From NCBI RefSeq assembly GCF_009914755.1, contig NC_060928.1: DNA of 64,000 nucleotides; one strand, 5' to 3'. The notes beneath the pieces were generated by a model. The model worked only from the letters and a program-made list of their open reading frames with translations. It was not told where the DNA came from and ran no database searches. The DNA is from the human T2T-CHM13v2.0 reference genome, Homo sapiens. The stretch's first letter is position 1, and each line of letters opens with the position of its first letter. Below are positions 29,104-47,376 of the stretch, one piece after another. The translations under genes and the position numbers were made by a program.

Positions 29104-31125
29104 CTTTCTCTTGATTGTTGAAAAATCATTACCTGTGGAATGACTAGGAATATTGGAAGCAGCATAGTGTTGACGTACGCAAAACAAGACAGCTTGGTCA
29201 GCTACAATCTTGGAATCCGTGTCTTCTTAATTTTATTTATTTATTTTTGACGTATAATGTAGTATGTCAATCCTTTCAAACTATTTAGATAACCACTTGA
29301 TGCACAAATAGGAAAAAGCAGATTGTGGCAGTGTCGCCTTTTGTGGTTTTATGATTTTCAAATTGAATTTAATGATTACACCCTTTCCCTTCATAGATCT
29401 TTTTTCTTTTTTTTAAGCCATGCTGTGACCTACAAGCAAACTAAATAGCCAACATTTCTGAACCCCTATGTCTCCTGTGCCAAGCTGCTCCCTGAAATGG
29501 ACTTCTTCATCTGTACAGATTTGTTAAACCATTCTATTTGCTTCTTAATAATAGGATTTATATTAGTACTCATTACCATTGGACACAATGACATAAGTAC
29601 TCTCCACAGTAAAGCAGACCTTTCACAACAGTCACTCTGTGTCCTAAAATTTTCCAACATAGATGTGATTTATATAACTTTGTTGATACGTAAATTGTCT
29701 TGGGGTTTACGGAAATTAACTATTATGTTTGCACTAAGATTTGCTGGGAGTGGTAGGTGGACATATCTATATATCAATAAGGACTAACCGTCTTTTTGGT
29801 ACATAGGAGATTGATAATACTGTATTTGTTTTAACCCCACAGTGTTTTACTCCACTTTCAAAAAGATCAATTTGGCACTTTTTTTCATTTTTTTTAATGG
29901 AAATAAGATTTGGTCTCTCATTTTAGGTTAAATGATAACTAGAAAGATTAAACTAGACAGATAGTTTAGGTGGAGTATATTTTTAAAACTCAGAACATGT
30001 ATATTGGTCCTGTGTTACCAAGTTTATATGTGACAGTTGAAAAAAAAATTCCCTTGAAATGATCATGAGGTTAAAATTTTCTTCATTAGGGGACTTGGAG
30101 AACCAGTAGTCATAAGATTAGTTGATAGTTTCACTCCCAAGCAATGAATTGCTTCTGTGTGTTTCCCTGTAGGACTCAATAGTAAATCCTGTCTGTCTTA
30201 CACATTTATAAGGACCCTGCAAGACGACGACAAAGGCCTTTGGCCTGTGCTACTAAACAAGAAGGCTATGAAAAATTTCTTCTTTAAACTTGTTTTTTCT
30301 CTTTCCAGTAAGTTCACATTTGGATAATTTTAAAAAGAAAAGTAATTACCTTTGTGTTTCCAGAACACTATAATTGGGGTGTATCTTAATTCAGTTAAAT
30401 ATTATTAGTAGACCTGGATTTTCCCCCTTGACCCCATCAGTCTATAAAGGTTAAACTGCAACTTTTATGAAATGGTCTTTAATATTTCCACAATAATCCT
30501 GTGCTATATTTGTTCTAAGAAACAAAGTAACTCTATACACTTCAAGACTTTACAGGATTTTTTAAATCCTGTATTGTTGGATCAATTAATAGAGATGCAA
30601 AAAAAACTTTATAGAGATGTAAAAACAAAACTATAATGGATCTCCTATTTTTCTTTAAATTAAAAAAAAAGGTAAATGAACTATTCTCCTTGTAAAGCTA
30701 AATTCCCCATTCTGTCTAATAAAGGAAGACTGAAAAAAGGTTTTAAAGAACATAAATGGAAAGATACAAATGCTTTGAAGGAATAAACGAAACATTAAAA
30801 CAGGGTCAATCCATTTGAAGAAAAAGTTGGACAAAATAATCAGCATTGCTCCCTCTTTTATTTAATATTTGGGTACTGATTATATCCACATGGAAGTAGA
30901 AGGTAAGGAGTTTAGGAAAATACTAGAATCTACTCTGCTTACATTCTTGTTTAAGTGTTTACACAGTTTGGTTCAATTATAAACATTTGGCCTTTTACTA
31001 TATTATTTTTATTTTGTATGAATACACTATCCTCCTTATTTATTTTTGTTACATTTATTACTTATGTTATTTTGTTATGCATTTACAACTCCATTTTTAA
31101 ATAAAGTGTTTCTGTAACTTTATAC
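29104..31125 (+). other. CEP170P1: 3'UTR of the CEP170-like transcript
   Basis: About 2 kb of AU-rich sequence without recognisable repeats after the stop, ending at an AATAAA followed by a U-rich tract. Confidence 0.7.
31100..31105 (+). terminator. Probable polyadenylation signal AATAAA
   Basis: ccatttttaAATAAAgtgtttctg, with U-rich sequence upstream and downstream. Confidence 0.65.
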
Positions 31126-34100
31126 AATGATTGCATATTTTATTTCTTTTACCATCTTGCTTGCTAATACTTCATCAACTTATCAAATGATTATAAACCA
31201 TTTCCCAAGGCTTAGCAAAAGAAAGAATCCTCCAGTTCTATTAATATGTGGTTACTGTGAAATCTCTTATTAGTTTGACTATTTAAAGAAAAAAATTTTC
31301 TTAGCAGATTCTGATCAATATAATTCACTTAGCTTCATGTCCTAAAGTAATGTGCATGTACAAGGTCTTTATTTTTAACCAGCTTTAGATCATCAGAAAG
31401 CTTTATGACAGTGATGTATTTGGGGAATAAATAGAAATTTAAAATACTTTTGTCATCTTAAATTCAATAACTGTCAATTTATACTGTTTTTTTTTATCCT
31501 ATCAAGCTCAAGAATCTTGAATGTCTCATTATTATTATTCAAAATTGTAAGTTTCACAGCTTAACCTTTTGAGACTTTGTGTGTTCTGGCCCTTTTCTTA
31601 CGTGCGTATCTATGTGTCCCATTATAGTATTTACCACCATTTACAAGTTTCTTGACCACCATGAGCTTTTCATCCTTCTGTACCCTGCGTCTTCCTCCCC
31701 TTCCTTCCTGCTTCAAGGTCCCACCAACCTCTTCATAAAGCTTCCTTCACTTGACCGCACCACATAGGGCTGTGCCACATACGGCTGTGCCACATACGTG
31801 CATTTTCTCTTCCCTTCCCCCATGACATATACACGTTTCTTCCCTGGTAACTAAAGTAATCTTCATTTCCTGGATAGTCCCTTTGCTTTGAAACATCTGT
31901 GCCATTTTGTCTCCTTCATCTCTCCTTGGATTTGCTTGCCACATCTCTGCCTGAAAGGATTCTAACTTGGAAAGGAAACCAAACTTGGAAGTTTGAGATC
32001 CAGACCCACTCCCTCCTAGCTATCAGTGTGTTCCGTCCTCTCATCTGCAAAATTAGGACATTAGTGTTATTATCCAAGTCCCTTTTAGTCTAAGTTGTCT
32101 ATGACTTTATGAAATGTTCTCCTTCAAAAAGCTTTTTCTGATTCTTTGTCATTTCAAATCTTCCTTTCATTGTGTTTGCATAACCCCTTTGTGTTTGCAT
32201 AATACAGAAAGTTCTTAGAAACCAAAATAAAAATGTATTTAATTGAATCAGCATCAATTGAGATGTACGTACTTACTTTCAAGAAACAGTCTATTGGGAG
32301 ATGGCTTTGTAAACAATTCACTCTAAGGTGAGGTAGAATGGGATCTCTACACGTAGGAGACAAATGCAGCCTTTTTTTTTTTTTTTTTTGTCTTCTGTGT
32401 TTAGGTAACGGGGACAGGCAGGGAGCCAATAACCACAGGCATCTGGCTGCCAGCAAGGGTTTGAGGGAGGTTTATGAAGCGCCTTTGTCTTTGAGTCATG
32501 GTCTCTCATGTGACAGTAGTCAAGCCTGCTTCTTCCTGTAAGTCTTCAACACGACACAGTTGCTTACATGCTTTCATCGCAGTCAGTTTCAAAAACTACA
32601 TGGTTGCTGTTTTTGTGTTTTACCCCAGTGCTCTGAAAGCATCCTAGCCTACGTACAGAAATGGCTCAAAGCCTCTTAAACAGAAATGGAATTGGTTATG
32701 TTCGTTCTTTTGCTATTTCACTATTACATTTGTTGCTGCTTTTCCTGAATCTTGACCATAAGGAAAAGTTCCCCGTCAGCCACATTCTGTCTCTAACACC
32801 TCGCCACCTGGAACAGATTCTTGTTGAATATTTAGTTGTCTTTAACTCTTGTACATCCTGCAATGTACAACAAACATTTTGTAGATTTTGTTAATTAAAA
32901 TATTTTAGAGTTATTATGACCACTATAACTTACTACTGCTACTGTGAGGTCTAACCTTGAACTGAAGGATGAAAAATTATTTAAATTTTGAAGCATAGTA
33001 CATTAGCTCTAGAAATGCTCAACACTAGTTCAGCAACGTCATATTTAGAGTAATTGAAACAAATATAACAAGGAGTGAGGGGCTGTTTTTTCTAGGCAGT
33101 ATAATAAATGCTTTACCTGCACTGTCCCTTTTAATGCTCACACCTCATTAATAAGCTGTTACTCCTACATTAGAGATGAAGGAACTGAGGCAGCGGCCCA
33201 GTTGGGATTTGATCAACACGTATTTCACTTGGAAATCCAAACTGTTTATAACCATTCTCCACGGGCTGTCACCCAGCAAACAACTGGTAGAGCCTAGACA
33301 AACCAAGTGACTTGTATTCACCCTTTACAGCTTTGTCTCGTGACCACAGACCCGAAGAGGCCACCAGGCCCTTCCTCTGCTTTTGAGTAGAACTTCTAGA
33401 GCTGGGGATCCTGAGCTTCTCTACTGATGACCAATGCTAAGACCAAATGCTAAGAATGTCTTTGTTATGTGAAACAGATTCTTTGAAAGAGATAATGAAC
33501 TGTCTCCTTGAAAGCTGGATGTTGGGTGCTTCAGGAAGAATGCTATGAAGAACCACGTCGGTTTATGAGCTGACTGTACTCTCCACTTGTTTTAAAGAGG
33601 TGAAACCCAGGGCTGCCAATAGAAACTCTGGTGACTCCACATCAGAGCTACGTGACCAGTGAGCTGCCTCCCAAGGTATTTGTTACAACACTTGTCTCTG
33701 AGCTAGGCCAAATAAAATGGAGTAAAAAACCACCCCTTGGACTAACAGAGCATGACCATGGAAATTTCTCAGGACAAACAGTGGCTGGAGTGTAGCAAGG
33801 CAGAAAGCAGCATGGTCTTAACCTGACACTTAGAGATAAAACAATAAAAAGTGTAGGGGGCTCCTATGCCAATTTGCAATAATGAGCAAGGGTAGTGACA
33901 GTTGGATTTTTCTTGAATGAGAAAAATTTCCATCAAATTTGAAACGAAATAAACACACAAAGTCTCTGTGCTATTTCCATGGTAATGTTTGCACCCAAGT
34001 CTCTGGAGCTCTGGCTTCTCACTTGCTTTTCCATAGTGTCTACTCGGTGATGAAAAGCAGCATTTCACGGCCAAGACTTTCAGCTGTTTGGCAAAGACCA

Positions 34101-34284
34101 TCATGTCCAGCATATGGAGGATCTGTGAACTTTGCCACGTCTGCTTCCTGTTACCAGTCTGTCTATGGTAATAGCCCAGAGTCTTCCCTTCGAGAGAAAA
34201 AAAAAATCAATTTACCCTAAATTTTTAATTGCCCTATAAGACTTCATAATATGAACAGCATTTTCAAAAAGGCACAAAGAAAAA

Positions 34285-34872
34285 ATGGTACAACCACTTT
34301 GGAAAACTAGAAATTCCTTATTAATGTACACCTACCACACAACCCAGCCATTCCACTCCTAGGTATTTTACCCAAGTGAAATAAAATCATATGTCCACAA
34401 AAACACCTGTACACAATGCTTATAGAAGCCATATTTGTTATAGCTGGTAACTGGGAACATTCCAATGTTCACCAACAAGTGAGTGGATCACAAATAGGAT
34501 GTATCACAAATAGTGAAACATTCATAAAATGAGATTCCGTTCAGCAATAGAAACGAACATGCTACTGACACACACAGTAACATGGGCCGATTTCAAAAAC
34601 ATGCTGAGCTAAAGCAACTGACCCAAAAAAGGGCATGCTTTATGAGTCAATTTATGTGAAATTCTAGGAAGGACAAAACACTGATAGTGACTGAGAACAG
34701 ATCAGTGCTAGTAGGGTGGGAGGTGAGAGGAAATTGCCTACAAAAAAATCACAAGCGAGTTTTTTGGGCATGGCGGCAGTTATTCACAGGAGTGAGTACA
34801 TGTCATGAAACTCACCAGGTACATTTAAAATGATTCTTTTTATCATATGTAAACTATTTCTCAATAAAGTTG
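34285..34872 (+). mobile_element. L1M (L1ME-like) 3' fragment
   Basis: ggtacaaccactttggaaaac, cccagccattccactcctaggtatttaccc; ends ctcaataaagtt. Confidence 0.8.
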
Positions 34873-35549
34873 ATCCATGTTAAAATGGCATGGATAGTTC
34901 TCTATAACTTTGATGCACATAATTACTTCCTCAAACTGCTTTTTGGGGAACATGTCACCTCTTTCTCCTGCATTGCTCTACTGATTCTTAGCTCTCCAAA
35001 GCATCCTATTACTAGGAAGTGTCACTGTGACTTTTCCAAAGCTACTGCTTTCCTCTCCAGGGTCAATTTAGGAATCAAGCAGCTTTCAGAGGGAAGAAGT
35101 TGACTTTCATAGGACAAAAGCAAGCAATGGTCATTGTGAAGGGCCATCATTGAACTGTATTCCTTTTCATTTAGCTCCAGCAGGTGTAATAAAGTGTGCT
35201 AACGGACTGTGGTCAGCTTGGATTCCGTAGTCTACTATTACCACTTGGAGAGATCCCTGGTTCCTCATCCACACCACCAACAGATGAGCACTAGGCTGAC
35301 TGCTGAACATATATGCGGTCATTTATTTAAGTATCTCTATGATCAAGCATAATTAGGTAATCATCATCTATATATTCACAGGAATGAATATAGTCCTTGT
35401 CCTTAAGGAAGAGGAAGTTCAAACCCTACCACAAGAGGCAAATACATAATTTTAACACAATTTGTGAAAAAGTTTTCAGCCCAAATTGCTCCCTTCTACC
35501 TAGCGCTAGGCTTAAACACTGACCAAACTGGTATTGAATAAATGTTTAT

Positions 35550-35610
35550 TGGATGGATGGATGGATGGATGGATGGATGGATGGATGGATGGGTGGATGG
35601 GTAGATGGAT
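35550..35610. repeat. (TGGA)n microsatellite
   Basis: Direct reading. Confidence 0.95.
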
Positions 35611-35625
35611 TAAAAGGAGCAAGCA

Positions 35626-36302
<677 letters not shown>

Positions 36303-37029
36303 AAGATTATGTACGTAGTTTGAAGGAAAAGGCTTCAGGGAGCCCCCACTATTAGAGATTCTGTCTACAAATCATATGGCCCTTTCCTTGGCCTCCTCTC
36401 TGGAAATATAAAGTTCCTGCAGAATCAGCAATTTCTTAGTAATTCAGTAGTTTGGTCAGATGTTCCCTCATTGGAAGGAGTGGCAACAGCCCTGAAGGAC
36501 ACCAAGTGCTAGCAGGTAAAAGGGCAGACGACGGGTGAGCGGGAAGGTGGGGAGGCAAACTTAACTCATCCACAGCTTTCTGAGAACAGCTGAGAGGGTA
36601 AGAGGAGGTGAAGCTGCCTACTTTCTTTTGATATTTCTAAGTACATGCCCCCAGATCAGACCTCAGGTCACCGTATCAAATTATAATATTTGGCTGATGT
36701 TCTCTAGAGACTCCTTTGTTTTATGTTGTTTTTCCAGACATGCAGTTCCAGAAGAGTCCACTGTGCTTGCCACCATGGAAAACTGGCCAATGGCCTGAGT
36801 GGGATTTACTTTTAGCCAGGTTGTGCTAAGCTGTATGAAAGCAAATATAAATTTCAAACAAAGAGCCAGAAGACAAAAGTACTGAACCTCATGGCTTAGA
36901 TGCAGAAACTGATATTTGTATCAGGAATCTGCTGTCCTGGAGAGAAACTGAAAGCTCTAACCTATTAGATCTCAGAGGTCTCCATATTTTGCTTCTCATG
37001 AAAGCACACTAAATGCACAGTCAGTATTT

Positions 37030-37765
<736 letters not shown>

Positions 37766-37788
37766 AGAAAATAATGAATGATGCATCT

Positions 37789-38148
37789 TGATATGGTTTA
37801 GCTCTGTGTCCCCACCCAAATCTCACTTTGAATTGTAATCCCCATTACCCCCACCTGTCAAGGGCAGGACCAGGTGGAGGTCATCGGATCACGGGGGCGG
37901 TTCCCCTAAGCTGTGTCGTGGTAGTGGGTGAGTCTCACGAGATCGGATGGTTTTATAAGAGTCTGGCAATTCTCCCTGCTTGCACTCATTCTCGCTCTCC
38001 TGTCACCCTGTGAAGAGGTGCCTTCTGCCATGGTTGTAAGTTTCCTGAGGTTTCCCCAGCCATGCAGAACTGTGAGTCAATTAAGCCTCTTTTCTTAAAA
38101 ATTACCCAGTCTCAGGTATTTCTTTATAACACTGTGAGAATGGATACA
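37789..38148 (+). mobile_element. THE1/MST (ERVL-MaLR) solo LTR
   Basis: Starts tgatatggtttagctctgtgtccccacccaaatctc; ends gaactgtgagtcaattaagcctc...ccagtctcaggtatttc. Confidence 0.9.
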
Positions 38149-39274
38149 TGTCAGGTGAAGACGCAACCGGTTATGGTGCCATGAAAGTGGCCAGTTTTGC
38201 ATTTATTTGCATTCCTTCTTGCCTGCATGTCCTCTAGATTTTCCTTTGTATTGGTTTTAACATGCTATTGGTTCCCTCATTAATTAATGAGTTAAATAAA
38301 ATCTTGGATATATGTGTTTTTTTTTTTAAAAAAAAAAAGCAAATGGGATATTTCTCATGAAGAGTTTTAGTTTATCAAAATGAATCATACTGGAAGAACT
38401 GGAAAGAGTATTACTATCGCCACTCAAACAAGCAGCTACAATGTGCTGACACTGTATTGGGTCCTTCAGTACCTCATTTAATCTTCACAACAACCCAGAC
38501 TCTTACACAAGAATTCTTAGTCCTATGTTATAGAAGAAGTAGAGGCTAGAGCCAAATAAGAGACTCTAGGTTACAAAGTAAGTGAGAGAGTCAAAATCTG
38601 AACCCTGGTCCAACTGACTTCTTCAATCCTCTTTATTTTCAGTCATAAAAAGACAACATATTGTAATTATAGTAAAAAGCTAATTGGTGGAGTTAAGAAT
38701 CTTGCAGCTAAACTTAATGTGTTATTGGTTTTGTGCAAGTGCTTTCAGCTGTAGCCTCAGTATTTGTAAAATGGGGTGGAGGCGATGTTGAGTAGTTGAG
38801 CTCTAAGGTATCTTCTTGCTGTATTAGTGGCTATTCTGTGGACTTCAGCTATTGTTCTCTTCGCTGTCTTCCCCCAGATTTCTGGAAAAAATGTTTTGTT
38901 AGCTCTTTGTCAGTAATTCTGCCTCTCTTCCTGTTCTGCTTAATGGGTGACTCCCCAGGTGTTCACTCTTTCGTCCAGAAGTTATTCTTCTTTCAGCTGC
39001 TTCTCCCAGAAATGTTCAGTCCTATTGCTTCACCATAATGTTTTGCTCATTTCACTTCTGCCCACGTAAAGGCTGCCAGTGATTCAGGCTGGATCAGTAT
39101 ATCCTGGTGATTATGGTATCATTTCCAGGAAAAGGGCCAAACACTTACCGAACCCCTTCGTTACGGCAGGTGCCGTGTGGCCAGTGCAGTATCGTGAAAG
39201 TTTGTTTTCCCCATATTTCTCCCTTTGGCCAACCCAATTGCTCACACACTGCGAGGAGAGATGTGGCAGGGTAG

Positions 39275-39634
<360 letters not shown>

Positions 39635-40364
39635 TAGAATGTATATGATTTTTTTAAGAGAAATGAAAAGGAAGCAGATTCTCACGCTTTGATAGAATGT
39701 CTTAGCTGGATGTGAAGAAAGGATTACTTCCACACTAAAAAATGAGGATCCTAGGTCCCCAGAGAGGTCACCGCAGAGCCACTGGGGAGACAACGTCCTG
39801 AGGAAAAGCTGCAGCAGAGTGTGCCTGGGCAGCTGGGGCTTCGGGCAGCCTGGGAAAGAGGCCCCTTGACTTGATGTCCACATGGAAGCAGCAGGGACCC
39901 CTAGGACTCACGGGTCAGGCTCCCGGGACAACAGGCTCTCCAAGGTAACTCCTGTGCAGAGCTTGACACCATGTGGGAGTTTGTAGCATACTCGGAGGGG
40001 GCAGTGGGATACCTCGAAAAGATTGAATTCAAGCATCTTCCCAGTCTGCTGTGAAGGGGAGTTTGAAATAAAAATTAAGCTGGTTTAGAGAAAATGTGAT
40101 ATTTTGTGCATATCCAAGTTTATGTATTGTGGATTGATACATAAATATATATATCCATATGTAAAGAGAGTTAGCTGTTTATATATATTTATATAGATCT
40201 ATCTATAGCTATACCTCTCTCTGTGTATATATACATAGCTCTAAATATATATGTGTGTGTGTAGATAGATATACAGATATATGTGGAGAGAAAGAGAGCC
40301 TATATCTAGGTAATCTAACCTTAACCTTTAACAAAATACTGATGTTTTTTGTTCTTTTTCTTTT

Positions 40365-40663
40365 TTCTTTTTTTCTTTTTCTTCAGAGACAGGATCTGGC
40401 TCTGCCACCCAGGCTGGAGTGCAGTGGGGTGATCATAGCTCACTGTAGCCTCCACCTTCCTGGGCTCAAATAATCCTCTCACCTCAGCTTCCAAGTAGCT
40501 GGGACTACAGGCATGAAACACCATGCCCATCTAATTTGATTTTTGTAGAGGTGGGATCTCACTATGTTGCCCAGGCTGGTCTCAAACTCTGGAGCTCAAG
40601 CAATCCTCATGCCTTGGCCTCCCAAATTGCTTGGATGACAGATGTGCACCACTGTACCTGGCC
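40365..40663 (-). mobile_element. AluJ
   Basis: Diverged reverse-complement Alu. Confidence 0.88.
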
Positions 40664-40808
40664 TGTGAGGCAGCTCTTACTGCCATTTTTTGGGGTGAGG
40701 AAACAAGCCCAGGCAGATTTGGTTATTTACTTCTCGCCCCACGGCCAGAGGAAGCAGAGCCAGGGTTTCAGCCAAGGTCACTTCCTTTGGGACAATCTTG
40801 CAAATGAA

Positions 40809-41106
40809 GGCCAGGCAAGGTGGCTCACACCACTAACACCAACATTGTTGGGGGGGGTGTCTAGGCATCCAGATCACTTGAGTCTAGGACTTTGAGACTA
40901 GCCTGGGCAACATGGTGAAAACCCGTGTCTACAAAAAATACAAAAAAATTAGCTGGGTATGTTGTTACACACTTGTAGTCCCAGCTACTTAGGAGGCTGA
41001 AGTGGGAGAATCACCTGAGCTGGGAGGTCCAGTCTGCAATGAGCCCTGATCACATCATTACATTCTAGCTGAGGCAAGAGTGAGAGCCTGACTTAAAAAA
41101 AAAAAA
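40809..41106 (+). mobile_element. AluJ
   Basis: Diverged Alu dimer with A-tail. Confidence 0.85.
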
Positions 41107-41884
41107 TGAATAGTGCCCCACTTTCACTCCCCGAAGTGTTTGCATTTGGTTAACGAATTTTAACTTCATCCACATTTGATGACCACAGCGCTCTCCATCA
41201 CTTCCTGCTGCCTCATTTTCGAAAGCCAAGAGAGTAGGAGGAACCCCTGGTGCTTGGGGCACATGCCCTGCAGGGTGCATGCCCTTTACAAAGTCATGGG
41301 AGCTGCGGCTCCAGGAGTCAGACACCGAGCAGCTTGGAGCATTTGGCTTCCTTCCTTTGCGTGCCTGGAGCATTCGCAGAAAGCCTGCACAGCAAGCGAG
41401 AGAGTGCTGGGGAGGGTGGAAGCTGTTTGGATTAGGATCCCCAGGGGTTTTGTGGTTCAAAGCAGGTGGAGCACATTTTGAGGGCCTGATGATGTATACC
41501 ATTTAGGAAGCCATTTAAAAGACAAAGAATACAAAAGTATGAATACAAAATTTGGCAGTAAAGTGAATATTTAGAAAGAGACTAGAAGTCACAACAAACC
41601 AAAAATTTCAAGAAGCTGGGGGGAGAAAAGCCACAACATCACCAAATCCAGGAAAAATAAACCTCTACAATTTTTCCTGGGTTTAAAAAATTTTATTTTC
41701 AATTGACAAATTAAAATTCTGTATATTGTTGGCAACATGTTGTTTTGAAATATGTGTATATTGTAGAATGGTTATTAAATTGAGCTAATTAACATATGCC
41801 TTACCTCACATACTTTTCATGTTTTTGTAGTTCAAGCATTTAAAATCTACTCTTAGCAATTTTTAAGAATACAATCATGTTGGC

Positions 41885-42198
41885 TTTTTTTTTTTTTTTT
41901 TTTTTTTGAGACGCAGTCTTACTCTGTCACCCAGTCTGGAGTGTAATGGCCCGATCTCTGCTCAATACAACCTCCACTTCCCAAGTTCAAGCGATTCTCT
42001 TGCCTCGGCCTCCCAAGTAACTGGGATTACAGACACGCGCCATCATGCCTGGATAATTTTCGTATTTTTTTTTTTTTCCAGTAGAGACCCAGTTTTGCCA
42101 TGTTGGACAGGTTGGTCTCGAACTCCTGACCTCAGGTGATCTGCCCGCATCAGCCTCCCAAAGTGCTGGGATTACAGGTGTGAGCCACCACGCCCAGC
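41885..42198 (-). mobile_element. AluS
   Basis: Reverse-complement Alu. Confidence 0.92.
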
Positions 42199-42372
42199 TC
42201 AATATATTGTTATTAACCAGAGTCACCATGTTTTACAATAGACCTCTTGAACTTATTTCTTCTATTTCACTGAAATTTTGCATCCGTTAACCAACATCTC
42301 CCCAGCCACCCAGCCCCTGGTAACCACCACTCTACTCTGTTTCCATGCAATCGACATTTTTAGATTTCACAT

Positions 42373-43447
<1,075 letters not shown>

Positions 43448-44550
43448 CACATAAATGAGATCATGCGGTATTTGTCTTTTTGTGCTTGGCTTATCTGACT
43501 TAGCATAATATCCTCCAGGTTCATCCATGTTGTCACAAATGACGGAATTTCCTTTTTTTAAGGATGAATAGCATTCCACTGTGTATATATGCCATACATC
43601 CCACATTGTCTTTATCCACTCATCTGCTGCTGGACACTTAGGATGCTTCCATATCTTGGCTATTGTGAATAGTGCTGCAATGAACATGGGAGTGCAGATA
43701 TCTCTTCAACGTACTGATTTCATTTCCTTTGGATAGATACCCAGTAGTGGGATTATTGTAGCATGGCAGTTCTATTTTGAATTTTTCGAAGTATCCCCAT
43801 ACTGTTTTGCATAAGGACTGTAGTCATTTATATTTCCAGCAATAGTGTTGAAATATAAATAACTATACAAACTTATAAATATAAATCATCTCCACATCCT
43901 CTCCAACACTTGCTGTCTTTCGTCTTTTTGATAATAGCCATTCTAACAGGTATGTGGTGATATATTATTGTGGTTTTACTTTGCATTTCTTTGATTAGTG
44001 ATGTTGAACTTTTTTTTTTTTCATATACCTATTGGCCATTTGTATGTCTTCTTTTGAGAAATGTCATTTCCTGTATCATCTGGCTATATTCTCTTTGCTG
44101 GCCCCAACATGTGATGAAAATTTTGTAATATCATTTTCCATGGAGAGAAGAGAAAGATACTCAGTCTTTCCTCTGGCACAGTTGATCAAGTTTGTTTTTT
44201 ATGGTAAGACTTCACACATAGGTGTACTTGCTATTTATCGTATTGCTATAAGTTTGTGCCAAAGAGGCACAGGAGTTCTGATGAATTCTATTTTCTTTCA
44301 CTATTCCCATCAGGAAAGAAAACTGATGAATGGTAGATTTATAAATGTTTATGTTGCATTCACAAGCATATTCCTGGTGAAAAACTTACTTTTGATGAGA
44401 CATTAATAAAAATCTGCTTCTCTGTTTACAATATTAAGTCAGGTGATTGAAAGGTTATTTACCAAGAACTTCAACTAGGCTTCTTAACAGCAACAAAAAC
44501 TAGAAGGCAGAGGACTAATATATGTTGTTTATGGATGTATATTTATGTAG

Positions 44551-44893
<343 letters not shown>

Positions 44894-46576
44894 GATACAC
44901 ACTAATTTTTGAATAGAGTTATGTCCAGGGATGGAGGGAAAGAGAGGGTGATGCACACTGGGTGAGGCAGTAGCTGGACTGTAATATTTTGTTTATTAAG
45001 TAAATAGCATGTTTACTGAAAAGATGGGTTTGAAGCAAATAAGATAAAATATTAACAGCTGTTTTATCTTGGTGGTATACCACACAATTTATCATTTTCT
45101 GTGTTTTTTGTATGCCTGAATTGTTTCACATTTTTAAAAACTGTTTTGAAATATATTTCCTTTTCCCCTTCATTATGTTTAAAGAATGCCAATCAGTAAA
45201 AGGACTGAAATTGAGAGTGAATTTCTGGTATTTCTGATCAAGGAGAGTAAATCATTGGATCAACTTGTCATAAACTTGATGGAGATACATGTAAAAAGAA
45301 AAAAATGACACTGAACTTCTTTTCTGAAACTGAGCTAGCACTTCTGAAAAGAGCAAAATCACAGAACCCAGATCCATTAAGCTTATTCTTTGGCTCATGC
45401 AATTACATACACGAGTTCTTACATCCCACATTCAGACCTCTGTATTTCCTGCTTTGCATTCAGGAACATTTATAGTCAATGAATATCTGAATACCTAATA
45501 GAATTACTAATGGTGATTTTGGAATTCCATTTTTCTAAGTTTTTTTGTTTGTTTGTTTGTTTGTTTTAATACAAAGTTCCTTTGGTCAATGACTTAGCTG
45601 TGGTCTCGCCTAGATACAGGGAATGGACTTCTCCAAGTCCCCAAGTATCTCTTGTGAGTTCATCACACGGTTACATAACATATTCCCTGGCTTATTGCCT
45701 TAATTGGCCTCCAGAATTTTCTAATTTGGGAAAGTGTTCCCAGAAAAGAAGATAGAGGGATTGGGAAGAGTGACACAGGGAAGGAAGGAAGGCAAATGGG
45801 AGTGCAATCTCAGCTTGTTCACTCCTGGAGGCAGCTGGGGCATGACTGCGCAGGGGCTCCTAATGAGCCACGGAGTGACTTCAGAATGCACGGCATGTGC
45901 GCCTGAAAGAGGGAGGGAACCTTTATTCATCAATTTCCAGCTCCGATTCTTCAAGGGGTGTTCTTGGGGCATGAATTCTCTTGTGCATTGGGATGATGCT
46001 TGTGTGAGTGCTGGGCCGATTGCTGCAGGTGTTCCATGCTGTGGTGTCAAAATGCAAGAGATATGCGGCAGCAGAGGGGAGGTGCTGGGAGGTTTCATCT
46101 GCTCGAAGCTGCTTGCTCTAGCAATAGCTAGAGTAAGAGATGGACGAAGGGTATGAGCCAGGGCCTAAGTTTTGTGCCATCAGGTGATCCTGAGAAAATG
46201 GCAATCTCCTGGGTTGTGTGAAATGAAAACCTACTGCTCTGCCCTTCTTCAGTCACACAAGAGAAGACAAATCCATGTGTTGTTCCCGTCACTCAGGGGG
46301 CAAAACCGTACATCAGGGTTGCTGACTTTTAGCACTGAAAATTATTATTTTTTGTTATTATGTGTTTGAATCAAACAATATTGTATGAAATAGGCCATGT
46401 CCTGGTTTTCAGAGAAAGCAGTAAATCCATTCCAGAGTCCCTCGGGAGTGTCCCAATGCAATGCATTTGGAGAAAATGCTCTTCATGAATGGCCATTAGG
46501 GTTATTACATCCTTAATAAAATAAGCAAAAAGAAGGCATTTTTCCCCTTTTACATTTTACGTTATAAGTGTGTGTT

Positions 46577-47376
<800 letters not shown>

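Noticed and set aside
45700-46160. Overlapping 125-aa and 140-aa ORFs in a GC-richer patch
   Set aside because: Looks like an old ERVL-type LTR remnant; family could not be assigned with confidence and no protein motif is evident
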